Positions 28,255-37,437 of a stretch of 64,000 nt of DNA are shown one piece after another. Below the pieces are notes generated by a model. It was not told the origin of the DNA and did not search any database. It saw only the letters and a program-made list of their open reading frames with translations. The DNA comes from Pedosphaera sp. (lineage in GTDB: Bacteria; Verrucomicrobiota; Verrucomicrobiia; Limisphaerales; SIBH01): assembly GCA_031414955.1 (NCBI GenBank), contig JANOQV010000184.1, positions 1 to 64,000 on the forward strand, read 5' to 3'. The translations under genes were made by a program, and so were the position numbers. Numbering within the stretch: position 1 is the first letter of the stretch; each line of letters opens with the position of its first letter.

Positions 28255-28788
28255 ATGACGCCGCGCTTCCAGCTATCAGACGTTCCGACTATCGCAGGGC
28301 GATATGCGTCGTCTCCACATGAGCCGTCTGTCATCGCGCTTGTTCCAGTTGTCCGCCGTCAGGGCTACCTCACCAGCGACCAGCTTTTCACGCTGTGCAG
28401 ATGGAAGTCAGCGCGACGTGCCGGACGAGTTCGACAGAATGCGGCATCCTTTGTCGAGGAGGTCACGCGATTTGCTTTGTCCGCTACCGATGAGCGCGCG
28501 CGGATTGAGTCGCTCACACTTCTTGATGCAGTCGAGTATCCGACGGCATCTTGTATTCTTCATTGGTTTCACAGCGACCCGTATCCCATCGTTGATTTTC
28601 GGGCGATTTGGTCGCTTCAGCTTTCCCAGCCTCGGCAGTACTCCTTTGAGTTTTGGCGGTCGTATTGTCAGGGCTGGCGCGAGTTACTTTCACAGGCTCG
28701 CCGAGTCTCGGGACTTGTCACGCCGCGGTTGTTTGATCAGGCTCTTTGGCAGCATTCTTATGAGCATCAGCCCACGAATGGAGCCTAA
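28255..28788 (+). CDS. Hypothetical protein, possible HhH-GPD-like fold; cassette-like foreign gene
   Basis: WKS.R, L..LDAVEYPTASCIL, YPIVDFRA, DQALW; lower GC3 than its neighbours by eye; bounded by GTTAGGC and GCCTAAT. Confidence 0.7.
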   Translation: MTPRFQLSDVPTIAGRYASSPHEPSVIALVPVVRRQGYLTSDQLFTLCRWKSARRAGRVRQNAASFVEEVTRFALSATDERARIESLTLLDAVEYPTASCILHWFHSDPYPIVDFRAIWSLQLSQPRQYSFEFWRSYCQGWRELLSQARRVSGLVTPRLFDQALWQHSYEHQPTNGA

Positions 28789-29040
28789 TCACCAAAGGAT
28801 TGGAAAGGACCGGAGCGCGGCGGGGAGGATGGTTTGGAAGTGGGGTGTTCTCGCGCGCAGCGTCCTTTCCATCCGGGGTTGAACCCGCCCGTCGAACTCG
28901 CCGTCCGCCTCGTCCCCCCGCTCGCGACCTGCTGTCGGAGTTGCCTTTTGCTTTTCCATCGCTCCTCCGACGGGGCTGGACCGGGCGCGGGACATTTTCC
29001 CGCTTTCCCATCCGCGCCCGCCTCCGCACACTCCGCCGCC

Positions 29041-30339
29041 ATGAAATTGCAAACTCGTTACGGTTCCATTCCGGCCCGGTTGTTCGTGGAGAATCGCGCC
29101 CGGCTGCGCGCCCTCCTGCTGCCGAACTCGCTCGCGGTGGTGAACGCGAACGATGTGTTGCCGACCAACGCCGACGGCTCGCTCCGCCTCGTGCCGAGCG
29201 CCGACCTCTTTCATCTCACCGGCCTGGAGCAGGAGCAGACCATCCTGCTGCTCTATCCCGACGGGCACGACGAGAAGTTGCGCGAGCTGCTTTTCATCCG
29301 CGACGTGGCGCCGGACCTGGAAATCTGGGAGGGCCACAAGCTGACCAAGGAGGAGGCCCGCGCGGTGAGCGGCATCGAGCGGGTGCATTGGCTGAGCGAG
29401 TTCCCGCGCGTGCTCCATCGCCTGATGTGCGAGTGCGAGCACGTTTACCTGAACTCGAACGAGCACAAGCGCGCGGTCGTCGAGGTGGAGACGCGCGAGT
29501 CGCGTTTCGTGGCCGACATGGTGCGCCGTTATCCGCTGCATGATTATCAGCGGCTCGCGCGGCTCATGCACCAGATCCGCGTGGTGAAGTCGGCGGACGA
29601 GGTGGCGTTGATTCGCAAGGCGTGCGCGTTGACGGGCAAGGGTTTCAAGCGGCTGCTGAAGTTTGTGAAGCCGGGCGTAAACGAAATGGAGATCGAGGCG
29701 GAGTTGTCGCGGGAGTTCATCCGGGGCGGCGGGAACTTCGCTTATACGCCCATCATCGCCCGCGGGGTGAACGCGTGCGCGCTGCATTACATCTCGAACT
29801 GCGACGAGTGCCGGAAGGGCGATCTGGTGTTGCTGGATGTGGCGGCGAGTTTCGCCAACTACAATTCGGATCTGACGCGCACGATTCCGGTGAACGGGAA
29901 GTTCACGCCGCGCCAGAGACAGGTCTATAACGCGGTGCTGCGCGTCTTCCGCCAGGGCAGCGATTATTTGAAGCCCGGCCGGCTGGTGAAGGACTGGCAG
30001 AAGGAGGCCGAGGCGCTGATCGAGAAGGAGCTGGTGGATTTGAAGCTGTTGACCACGCGCGAAATCAAGAAGCAGCATCCCGACCGTCCGGCCTTCAAGA
30101 AATACTTCATGCACGGCGTCGGCCATCCCATCGGCCTCGACGTCCACGACGTGGGCCTGACCACGGAGCCGATGCAGGTCGGCTGGGTGATGACGGTGGA
30201 GCCGGCCATCTACATCCGCGAAGAGGGCTTCGCGGTGCGGTTGGAGAATTGCGTGCTCGTTGGCGAGAACGGCAACACCGACTTGATGGCGGACATCCCG
30301 ATCGAGGCCGGCGAGATCGAGGCGGCGATGAAGCGGTAG
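29041..30339 (+). CDS. pepP: Xaa-Pro aminopeptidase (M24B)
   Basis: DLFHLTG, WEG, VKSADE, LHY, LLDVAA, NSDLTRT, HGVGHPIGLDVHD, TVEP.IY, VRLEN. Confidence 0.93.
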   Translation: MKLQTRYGSIPARLFVENRARLRALLLPNSLAVVNANDVLPTNADGSLRLVPSADLFHLTGLEQEQTILLLYPDGHDEKLRELLFIRDVAPDLEIWEGHKLTKEEARAVSGIERVHWLSEFPRVLHRLMCECEHVYLNSNEHKRAVVEVETRESRFVADMVRRYPLHDYQRLARLMHQIRVVKSADEVALIRKACALTGKGFKRLLKFVKPGVNEMEIEAELSREFIRGGGNFAYTPIIARGVNACALHYISNCDECRKGDLVLLDVAASFANYNSDLTRTIPVNGKFTPRQRQVYNAVLRVFRQGSDYLKPGRLVKDWQKEAEALIEKELVDLKLLTTREIKKQHPDRPAFKKYFMHGVGHPIGLDVHDVGLTTEPMQVGWVMTVEPAIYIREEGFAVRLENCVLVGENGNTDLMADIPIEAGEIEAAMKR

Positions 30340-30363
30340 CAACGTGCCGCTGGCGGCACGCTC

Positions 30364-31122
30364 TCAGCGCCCCGCCCGGAACTGCCTCGGCGTCATCCCC
30401 GTCGCCGCACGGAAGGCCCGCGTGAAGGCACTGTGGTCGTAGAAGCCGCATTGATGCGCGATCTCCGCGATGGCCTGCTCCGTCTCCACCAACAATTGTG
30501 AGGCCGCCGCCAGCCGCGTCTGCGTGATGAGCTGGCTGGGCGTGAGGCGGAAAATGCGTTTGATCAGCCGCGCGAAGCGGACGGGCGCGAGTCCCGCTTT
30601 CTTCGCGAGCCGCGCCGGCGAAACGCTTTCGTGAAAGGACGTGTCGAGATGCTCCATCGCCGCGAGCAGCCCGGCGGGGATTTGCCCGCTGTCCTTCAAC
30701 GCGCGCAGGTCGCGCGAAAGCCCGATGAGTCCCACGATGTTCCCCGCCGCGTCGCGCAACGGCAGCTTGGTGGTCAAACACCAGCCGGTGCGGCGGCGCG
30801 AATACCAGTGGAGTTCCAGACTGTCGATGACCGGTCGGCCCGTGCGCAGCACGGCCTCGTCTTGCGCCGCGTAGCGACCGCCGAGTTCCGCCGGGAAGAT
30901 GTCGCGCACGCGGCGGCCCACGAGTTCCGCCGGACTGCCCAGGCCGCAGCGTTCGGCGAGCGACTGATTGCACAGGGCGTAACGCCCCGCCGCGTCCTTC
31001 ACGAAGAACGCCGTGTCCGGGTCGTGGCGAAACAACTCCGCCACCACCGAGACGACCGGCCACAGCGCGGCCAGCCGCGCGTCGGGCCGGGCCTCGGGCA
31101 TTGGGCGTTTTTTGGCGGTCAC
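30364..31122 (-). CDS. AraC family regulator with N-terminal PAS domain
   Basis: FFVKDAAGRY..CN PAS signature, TTKLPLRD; C-terminal IAEIA..CGFYDHSAFTRAF...GMTP. Confidence 0.93.
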   Translation of the reverse strand: MTAKKRPMPEARPDARLAALWPVVSVVAELFRHDPDTAFFVKDAAGRYALCNQSLAERCGLGSPAELVGRRVRDIFPAELGGRYAAQDEAVLRTGRPVIDSLELHWYSRRRTGWCLTTKLPLRDAAGNIVGLIGLSRDLRALKDSGQIPAGLLAAMEHLDTSFHESVSPARLAKKAGLAPVRFARLIKRIFRLTPSQLITQTRLAAASQLLVETEQAIAEIAHQCGFYDHSAFTRAFRAATGMTPRQFRAGR

Positions 31123-31313
31123 GGGGGTTATTTAAGACAAGACAACCGGGCGGGCGATGCCAGAATTCTCGGGCATCCTATGAAGACTGAAATCGCTCCC
31201 ACCAGTGGACGGCCCGAAAGCGGCGCGGCCGCCGGAGGATTTGCAGGCACTGATCGAATACCGGGCACAACCGCATTGATACCCTCGCTACTGCGGTCGC
31301 CAAAGAAATTACT

Positions 31314-33674
31314 ATGAACACCGAACTCCATCGCCATCCACGAAGACTTCTCGCGCTGTTTGTTTTGCTCGGTTCGCTGGCCGGGGCCGGCCCGGCGAGA
31401 GGCGACGATGAATCGTTCTCAACAGACGGGCCGCAGGCCGCACCGCAAGCTTTCCCGCGCGGCGAGCAGGGGCCGAGGCGGGTGTTCCGGGACCGCATCG
31501 CGCCGCACTGGTTCGCGGGCGAGACGCGGTTCTGGTATCGCAACGAATTGCGCGACGGCGCGAAGGAGTTTGTCGTCGTGGACACGGCGCGCGGAGTGCG
31601 CGCAGCGGCGTTCGATCATGTGAAGCTGGCCAGGGCGCTGTCGAAGGCGGCGGGCGCGGAATACCAGGCTGGCAAACTGCCGTTCGACCGCATCGAGTTC
31701 ATCGATGACGCGAAGTTGATTCGTTTCAAGGCGGGTGAGACGACGTGGAAGTGCGACCTGAGTTCCTACGAATGTTCCGAGACCGAAGCCGTGGCCGGGG
31801 AAAAGCCCGGCGACGAAGCGGAGTCGCCGCAGGGCCGGCCAGGCCGGCGCGGGCCGCCGCCAGACGACGGCGCAACGGAAGAGCCAAGCCGCTCCTCCAA
31901 CCGTTCGCCGGATGGCCAATGGACCGCGTCGGTGAAAGACCACAACGTCTTCATCAAGTCGCGTGACGATGAGTCGAAGGAGATTCAACTCAGCACGGAC
32001 GGCAAGGAAGGGCTGGCCTACGGAAATCCCTCGTGGTCGCCGGACTCGAAGACGCTCGTGGCTTTCCGCATTGAGCCGGGCGAACGCAAGGAGGTTCATC
32101 TCGTCGAGTCGTCGCCCAAGGACGGCGGGCGGGCGAAGCTCAAGTCCCGCCCGTATCCGCTGCCCGGCGACAAGTTCGCGAAATACGAACCGAACGTCTT
32201 CGACGTGGCGAGCCGCAAGCAGACGAAGCCCGAGGTGGACCGCTTCGAGCACGAGTGGCTGAGGCCGCGCCTGCACTGGAGCCGCGATGGGACTCGCTTC
32301 GGCTATCAGCAGATTGATCGTGGGCATCAACGCTTCCGCCTTATCGAGGTCGAGGCGCAGAGCGGCGCGGCGCGCAATCTCATCGACGAGAAGACGGCAA
32401 CTTTCATCTGGACGGCGCACACGGAGAGCACGGGCCTCAGCGCGGTCAACTGGCTGACGAACTCGGAGGAGATCATCTATGCCTCCGAGAGCAACGGCTG
32501 GCGGCATCTTTATTTGATCGATGCGGGCGCGGGGAAATTGAAGAACGCGATCACGACCGGCGATTGGATCGTGCGCGGCCTTGACCGCATCGACGAGACG
32601 AACCGGCAGGTGTGGTTCCGCGCGAGCGGCGTGTTCGCGGGGCAAGACCCGTATCTGATTCACTACGGGCGCGTGAGCTTCGACGGCGGCGGATTGGTGT
32701 GGCTCACGGCGGGCGACGGCAATCACGCCCTCGCGTATTCGCCCGACCGCAAATTCATCATCGACACTTACTCGCGCGTGGACCTGCCGCCGGTGAACGA
32801 ACTGCGCCGCGTCTCGGACGGCAAGCTCGTGTGCAAGCTGGAGGAAGCGGACATCACGGATTTGAAGTCGAGCGGCTGGGCGGCCTCGGAGGTCTTCGTC
32901 GCCAAAGGCCGCGACGGCCAGACCGACATCTGGGGCATCATCGCCCGCCCGCGCGACTTCGACCCGAACAAGAAGTATCCGATCATCGAAGACATTTACG
33001 CCGGGCCGCAAAGTTCCTTCACCCCGAAAACCTTCAGCTCCAGTTCGCGCTACGAATCGCTGACGAAGCTCGGCTTCATCGTGGTGAAAATGGACGGCAT
33101 GGGGACGGCGAACCGCTCCAAGGCGTTCCACGATGTATGCTGGCACAACCTCAAAGATGCCGGCTTCCCCGACCGCATCCTCTGGATGAAAGCCGCCGCC
33201 GCGAAGCATCCGCACATGGACATCACGCGCGTCGGCGTCTATGGCACGTCGGCGGGCGGACAGAACGCGGCGGGCGCGGTGCTGTTCCATCCTGAGTTCT
33301 ACAAGGCCGCCGTGGCGAATTGCGGCTGCCACGACAACCGCATGGACAAAGCCTCATGGAACGAGCAGTGGATGGGCTATCCGGTCGGGCCGCACTACGG
33401 CGAAAGCTCGAACATCGACCACGCTGGCAAACTTCAGGGCCACCTGTTCCTCGTCGTCGGCGAGTTGGACAGCAACGTGCCGCCCGAATCGACCTATCGT
33501 CTCGCCGACGCGCTGATCAAGGCGAACAAGGATTTCGAGTATCTCGTCGTGCCCGGCGGCGGGCACGGCGCGGGCGGCGCGTACGGCCAGCGACGCTTGC
33601 AGGATTTCTTTCTGCGTCACCTGCTCGGCCAACAACCGCCGGATCGAAATGCTCAGAACGAATCTGCCAAATGA
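31314..33674 (+). CDS. Secreted S9B dipeptidyl-peptidase IV family protein
   Basis: Signal peptide, propeller WSPD, YPLPGD, YAGP, catalytic GTSAGG, D in DSNV, H in GHG. Confidence 0.92.
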   Translation: MNTELHRHPRRLLALFVLLGSLAGAGPARGDDESFSTDGPQAAPQAFPRGEQGPRRVFRDRIAPHWFAGETRFWYRNELRDGAKEFVVVDTARGVRAAAFDHVKLARALSKAAGAEYQAGKLPFDRIEFIDDAKLIRFKAGETTWKCDLSSYECSETEAVAGEKPGDEAESPQGRPGRRGPPPDDGATEEPSRSSNRSPDGQWTASVKDHNVFIKSRDDESKEIQLSTDGKEGLAYGNPSWSPDSKTLVAFRIEPGERKEVHLVESSPKDGGRAKLKSRPYPLPGDKFAKYEPNVFDVASRKQTKPEVDRFEHEWLRPRLHWSRDGTRFGYQQIDRGHQRFRLIEVEAQSGAARNLIDEKTATFIWTAHTESTGLSAVNWLTNSEEIIYASESNGWRHLYLIDAGAGKLKNAITTGDWIVRGLDRIDETNRQVWFRASGVFAGQDPYLIHYGRVSFDGGGLVWLTAGDGNHALAYSPDRKFIIDTYSRVDLPPVNELRRVSDGKLVCKLEEADITDLKSSGWAASEVFVAKGRDGQTDIWGIIARPRDFDPNKKYPIIEDIYAGPQSSFTPKTFSSSSRYESLTKLGFIVVKMDGMGTANRSKAFHDVCWHNLKDAGFPDRILWMKAAAAKHPHMDITRVGVYGTSAGGQNAAGAVLFHPEFYKAAVANCGCHDNRMDKASWNEQWMGYPVGPHYGESSNIDHAGKLQGHLFLVVGELDSNVPPESTYRLADALIKANKDFEYLVVPGGGHGAGGAYGQRRLQDFFLRHLLGQQPPDRNAQNESAK

Positions 33675-35242
33675 AACCCATTGCACGAGTAGTTGCCGCC
33701 ATCGCGCTCGCCGTCTTGCTGTCGAGCCGCGTCGTCTCCGCCCAAACGGCCCCGCCCGTGACGCCGCCGCCGGATTCGTTCTTCGAGATGGTCAGCCAGC
33801 GCGACCGCGATGCGGCGCGCGCGTTCTACAAGAAGTTCATCGACGTGAAGGGGATGCCGGTCGTGGCGGCGGACGTGGTCGCGGACGCGGCGTTGCAGCG
33901 CACTTACGAAATCGTCACGCGGATGCTGGCGGGCCGACCCGATGTCGTGGAGGCGCTCGTGAAAACGAAGATGTATCTCATCGTGATGGGGCGCGAGCAG
34001 GTCTATACCGACATGCCGGAGTATCGGAACCATCCGAACCCCGCCTACCAGAACGAACGCGTGCGCGGCACCGGCGGACGGCCCACGAGTTTCGGCGAGG
34101 AGAATGTGTTGAGCCTGTCGCTCGACCGTTACGACGACGAGAGCATCGGCGTGCATGAGTTCTGCCACACCATTGACGGCGCGCTGTCCTCGATTGATCC
34201 GACGTGGCGCGAGCGGAAGAACAAAGTTTATCGCAATGCGATGGACAAGGGCTTGTGGAAACTCAGCTACGCGGCGGGGAATCCTGGCGAGTTCTGGGCG
34301 GAGATCGCGCAGTCCTATTTCGACTGCAACCGCGTCAACAACTGGAACCACGGCCCCATCGGCACGCGCGAGCAACTCAAGGCTTACGACCCGGAGAGCT
34401 ACGAACTCGTGCGCGACACGTTCAAGCTGAGTCCAGAGCAGGACTGGCGCTACACGTTCCTGCAACAGCAGCCGAGCGTCACCCCGCCACCGGCGAAGTT
34501 CAAAATGGATCCGTGGTACACGAAATTCACCTGGGCGCGCGAGTTCACCGTGCTCGGCCGCGGCGCGAGCGACACGGCGATGCTCAAGGCCAATGACACC
34601 ATCCGCAAAATGTTCGCCTATCGCCACGACATCTTGAAGGCGCTCATGGCCGACGGCGTGAAACTCGTCGTGCTCGGTCGTGGCGAGAAACTTTCCGACC
34701 TGCCGGAATACAAAACCTTCAAGGAGGTGAAGGGTTTCGACGCCCTTTCGCGCACGCTGGACTACTCGCCGGAAACGAAGCTGCTCGTCGTCGGCGAGGA
34801 GAACGTCCTCGCGAATCCGCGCGATCCGAACGTCGGCGACAACCAGGTCATCCGCGTCTTCGCTGACGCGATCTATCGCGTGACGTCGGCCCGCCCCGTT
34901 GATCCGAACTGGGAGAACCGGCGCGGCGCGGTGCAGCAGTATGAATTGCGCGTGCAACGCCTCGACGTGCGCTTCGCTGAAAAGCTCAAGGAGCTTCACG
35001 AAAAGGCGACGAGCGCCGGCAAATGGAAAGGCACCGCCGCCGTCCACGACCGAGCCGCCTATTGGACCGAAGGCGTGCTCGCTTACTTCGACGCGCTCGG
35101 CCAGGACGCCGCGCCGAATGACGCCGCGCATCCCGTCAACACGCGCGAGGCGTTGAAGAATTACGACCCCGACCTCCATGCGCTCGTGAACGAGACGATG
35201 GCCTACGACGGCCATGTGGATTGGCGGTTCCAAGCGCGATGA
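33671..35242 (+). CDS. Secreted protein with two tandem zincin-like domains (first with HEXXH)
   Basis: Signal peptide; [23 protein letters not shown] in repeat 1; repeat 2 has GEENVL..RVFAD..YWTEG; start at 33671 overlaps the DPP stop. Confidence 0.8.
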   Translation: MKPIARVVAAIALAVLLSSRVVSAQTAPPVTPPPDSFFEMVSQRDRDAARAFYKKFIDVKGMPVVAADVVADAALQRTYEIVTRMLAGRPDVVEALVKTKMYLIVMGREQVYTDMPEYRNHPNPAYQNERVRGTGGRPTSFGEENVLSLSLDRYDDESIGVHEFCHTIDGALSSIDPTWRERKNKVYRNAMDKGLWKLSYAAGNPGEFWAEIAQSYFDCNRVNNWNHGPIGTREQLKAYDPESYELVRDTFKLSPEQDWRYTFLQQQPSVTPPPAKFKMDPWYTKFTWAREFTVLGRGASDTAMLKANDTIRKMFAYRHDILKALMADGVKLVVLGRGEKLSDLPEYKTFKEVKGFDALSRTLDYSPETKLLVVGEENVLANPRDPNVGDNQVIRVFADAIYRVTSARPVDPNWENRRGAVQQYELRVQRLDVRFAEKLKELHEKATSAGKWKGTAAVHDRAAYWTEGVLAYFDALGQDAAPNDAAHPVNTREALKNYDPDLHALVNETMAYDGHVDWRFQAR

Positions 35243-35282
35243 GTCCCGACCGTTCTTCGCCGGCTGGTGACGCGGTTCGACG

Positions 35283-35497
35283 AATCCCAAAGGAATTGCG
35301 GCCCGAAGCTCAGGGTTGCGAGGCACGAGCTACCCTGGATCAGTCCACCCAGAGAGCCACAACCCCAACGGGGTTGCGGCCAGTCTGCCGCACGAAGAGA
35401 CGCAACCCCGTTGGGGTTGTGATTTTCTGCCGACGATTTCCCAGGGTAGCTCGTGCCTCGCAACCCTGGGCTTTGAGACGGAACGCCGTTGGCGTTC
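35283..35497. repeat. REPIN/BIME-like palindromic element (same family as 9061-9292)
   Basis: cagggttgcgaggcacgagctaccctgg at 35311-35338, inverted copy at 35440-35470, caaccccaacggggttg and caaccccgttggggttg mini-palindromes. Confidence 0.85.
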
Positions 35498-35554
35498 GGC
35501 TACGTCGCGGCAACCATTCCCAATGACTCCTGGAATTTCGTGACGAACCTCTTT

Positions 35555-37156
35555 ATGCGGAAAATATTTTCGTCGAGAATCTGCCACATCCCGCTTTTCA
35601 TCTGCCTGGCCACGTTCGTCACACTTCCCGGAAACACTCTGGCGCTCGAATCAGTCGTCTTCACCGTCCGCTTTCCCTCGCCGACTTCGCACGTTGCCGA
35701 AGTGGAAGCGGTGATTCCGACGAGCAAACGCGCGGCGGTCGAACTGATCATGCCTGTGTGGACGCCCGGCTATTATCGAGTCGAGAACTACGCCAGGCGC
35801 GTTCAAGATTTCGCCGCGCGCACGCCGGAGGGAACGGCTCTCGAAGTCGAGCAACCACAGCCGAACCGCTGGCGGATTCGCACGGGCGGACGCGCGTCGG
35901 TCAACATCTCGTATCGGCTCGTGTGCGAACAGAATTCCGTCACCGGCAACTGGGTCGGGACGAACTTCGCCGTGCTGAACGGCCCGGCGACCTTCCCCGC
36001 GATGGTGGAAAAAGTCCGGCGCCCATACGAAGTGCGCCTTGAACTTCCTGTCGGTTGGGAGCGTTCGATGACCGCGCTGGATGCGGCCCCGGACGGTCTG
36101 CCGAATCACTTCCGCGCCGCTGACTACGATACACTCGCCGACTCGCCGATTCTCGCGGGCAAGTTGGCCGTGCGCGAGTTCACGGTCGCGCGCAGCCGGC
36201 ATTTCGTGGTGGATGCCGGCGAGGTCGGCCAATGGGACGGCGCGCGCGCGGCGCGGGACATCGAGAAAATCGTCGTCGAGAACCGCCGCTTCTGGGGCGA
36301 ACTGCCGTTCGAGCGTTACGTTTTCCTGAACGTGTTTCGCCGGGGCGGCGGCGGATTGGAACACAAGAACTCCACGCTGCTCACGTCGAGTCCCGGCGGC
36401 ACGAACTCCGCGCGCGGCTACGCCTCGTGGCTCGCGTTCGTCTGCCACGAATACGTCCACGCCTTCAACGTGAAGCGCCTGCGCCCGGCGGAGTTTGAAC
36501 CCATCGACTACGACAAGCCGCCGCGCACCGGCAGCCTCTGGGTCTCGGAAGGGCTGACCACCTATTACGGAGAACTGCTGGCCGTGCGCGCTGGCGTGCG
36601 GACTCCGCAGGATTTTCTCGCGTGGCTCTCGTCCGAGATCAAGCGCCTCCAAACTTCGCCCGGACGGCTCGCGCAGTCGCTCGAACAATCCTCGCTCGAG
36701 GTTTGGGACACGCCGACCTCCGGCCTGCCGAGCGCGAGCACCAATACCGTGAGCTACTACGTCAAGGGACCCATCGTCGGATTCCTGCTCGACGCAAAGA
36801 TTCAGCGCGCGACCGGCGGCCGGAAGACGCTCGATGACGTGATGCGGCTCGCCTACAAACGCTACTCCGGCCAACGCGGCTTCACGCCGGAGCAGTTCCG
36901 CCAGACGCCGGAGAAAATCGCGGGCCTCGATCTCCGCGACTGGTTCCGCCGCGCCCTCTCCTCGACCGAGGAACTGGATTACGCCGAGGCGCTCGACTGG
37001 TTCGGCTTGCAGTTCGGTCCGCCCGAAGACCCGGCGAAGAAGTGGAAACTCGAACCGCGCGCGAACGCGACGCCCCAGCAACAGGCCCGCCTGCAACGGC
37101 TGACGGGCAGCGCCTCGCCGCCTCGCCTGGTCGGGCCAGCCGCCGGAGGCAAATAA
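35555..37156 (+). CDS. M61 glycyl aminopeptidase family metallopeptidase
   Basis: MPVWTPGYY, YDTLADSP, GGGLEHKNST, HEYVHAFNVKRLRP, LWVSEGLTTYY, SYYVKG. Confidence 0.92.
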   Translation: MRKIFSSRICHIPLFICLATFVTLPGNTLALESVVFTVRFPSPTSHVAEVEAVIPTSKRAAVELIMPVWTPGYYRVENYARRVQDFAARTPEGTALEVEQPQPNRWRIRTGGRASVNISYRLVCEQNSVTGNWVGTNFAVLNGPATFPAMVEKVRRPYEVRLELPVGWERSMTALDAAPDGLPNHFRAADYDTLADSPILAGKLAVREFTVARSRHFVVDAGEVGQWDGARAARDIEKIVVENRRFWGELPFERYVFLNVFRRGGGGLEHKNSTLLTSSPGGTNSARGYASWLAFVCHEYVHAFNVKRLRPAEFEPIDYDKPPRTGSLWVSEGLTTYYGELLAVRAGVRTPQDFLAWLSSEIKRLQTSPGRLAQSLEQSSLEVWDTPTSGLPSASTNTVSYYVKGPIVGFLLDAKIQRATGGRKTLDDVMRLAYKRYSGQRGFTPEQFRQTPEKIAGLDLRDWFRRALSSTEELDYAEALDWFGLQFGPPEDPAKKWKLEPRANATPQQQARLQRLTGSASPPRLVGPAAGGK

Positions 37157-37239
37157 GTTATGCGCTCCGGAGAAATTGCAGTCGTTGAGCAAGCCGCGAA
37201 AAGCGGCAGAGGACTGGCGCTTTCCCAGGGAGGCTCGTT

Positions 37240-37437
37240 GTGAATATGAATTCAAATCCACTGCGGAAGCGGCTCCGGTTTCTGACGCCGGTTCTCTTGC
37301 TGGTCGTGAGCCAGGCAACCGCTTTCGCCGCCGAGTCCGCCCGCGCCGATGGCAGGCCACCCATCACCACCACGAACAGCGTTGAATCCGTCGCGCCGAT
37401 GAATTCCAATGCCGCAACGAACACATCGCTGCGATGA
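37240..37437 (+). CDS. Small secreted hypothetical protein or N-terminal gene remnant
   Basis: Classical signal peptide (RKRLRFLTPVLLLVVSQATAFA) with a T/N/S-rich tail; its stop overlaps the next ATG. Confidence 0.4.
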   Translation: MNMNSNPLRKRLRFLTPVLLLVVSQATAFAAESARADGRPPITTTNSVESVAPMNSNAATNTSLR

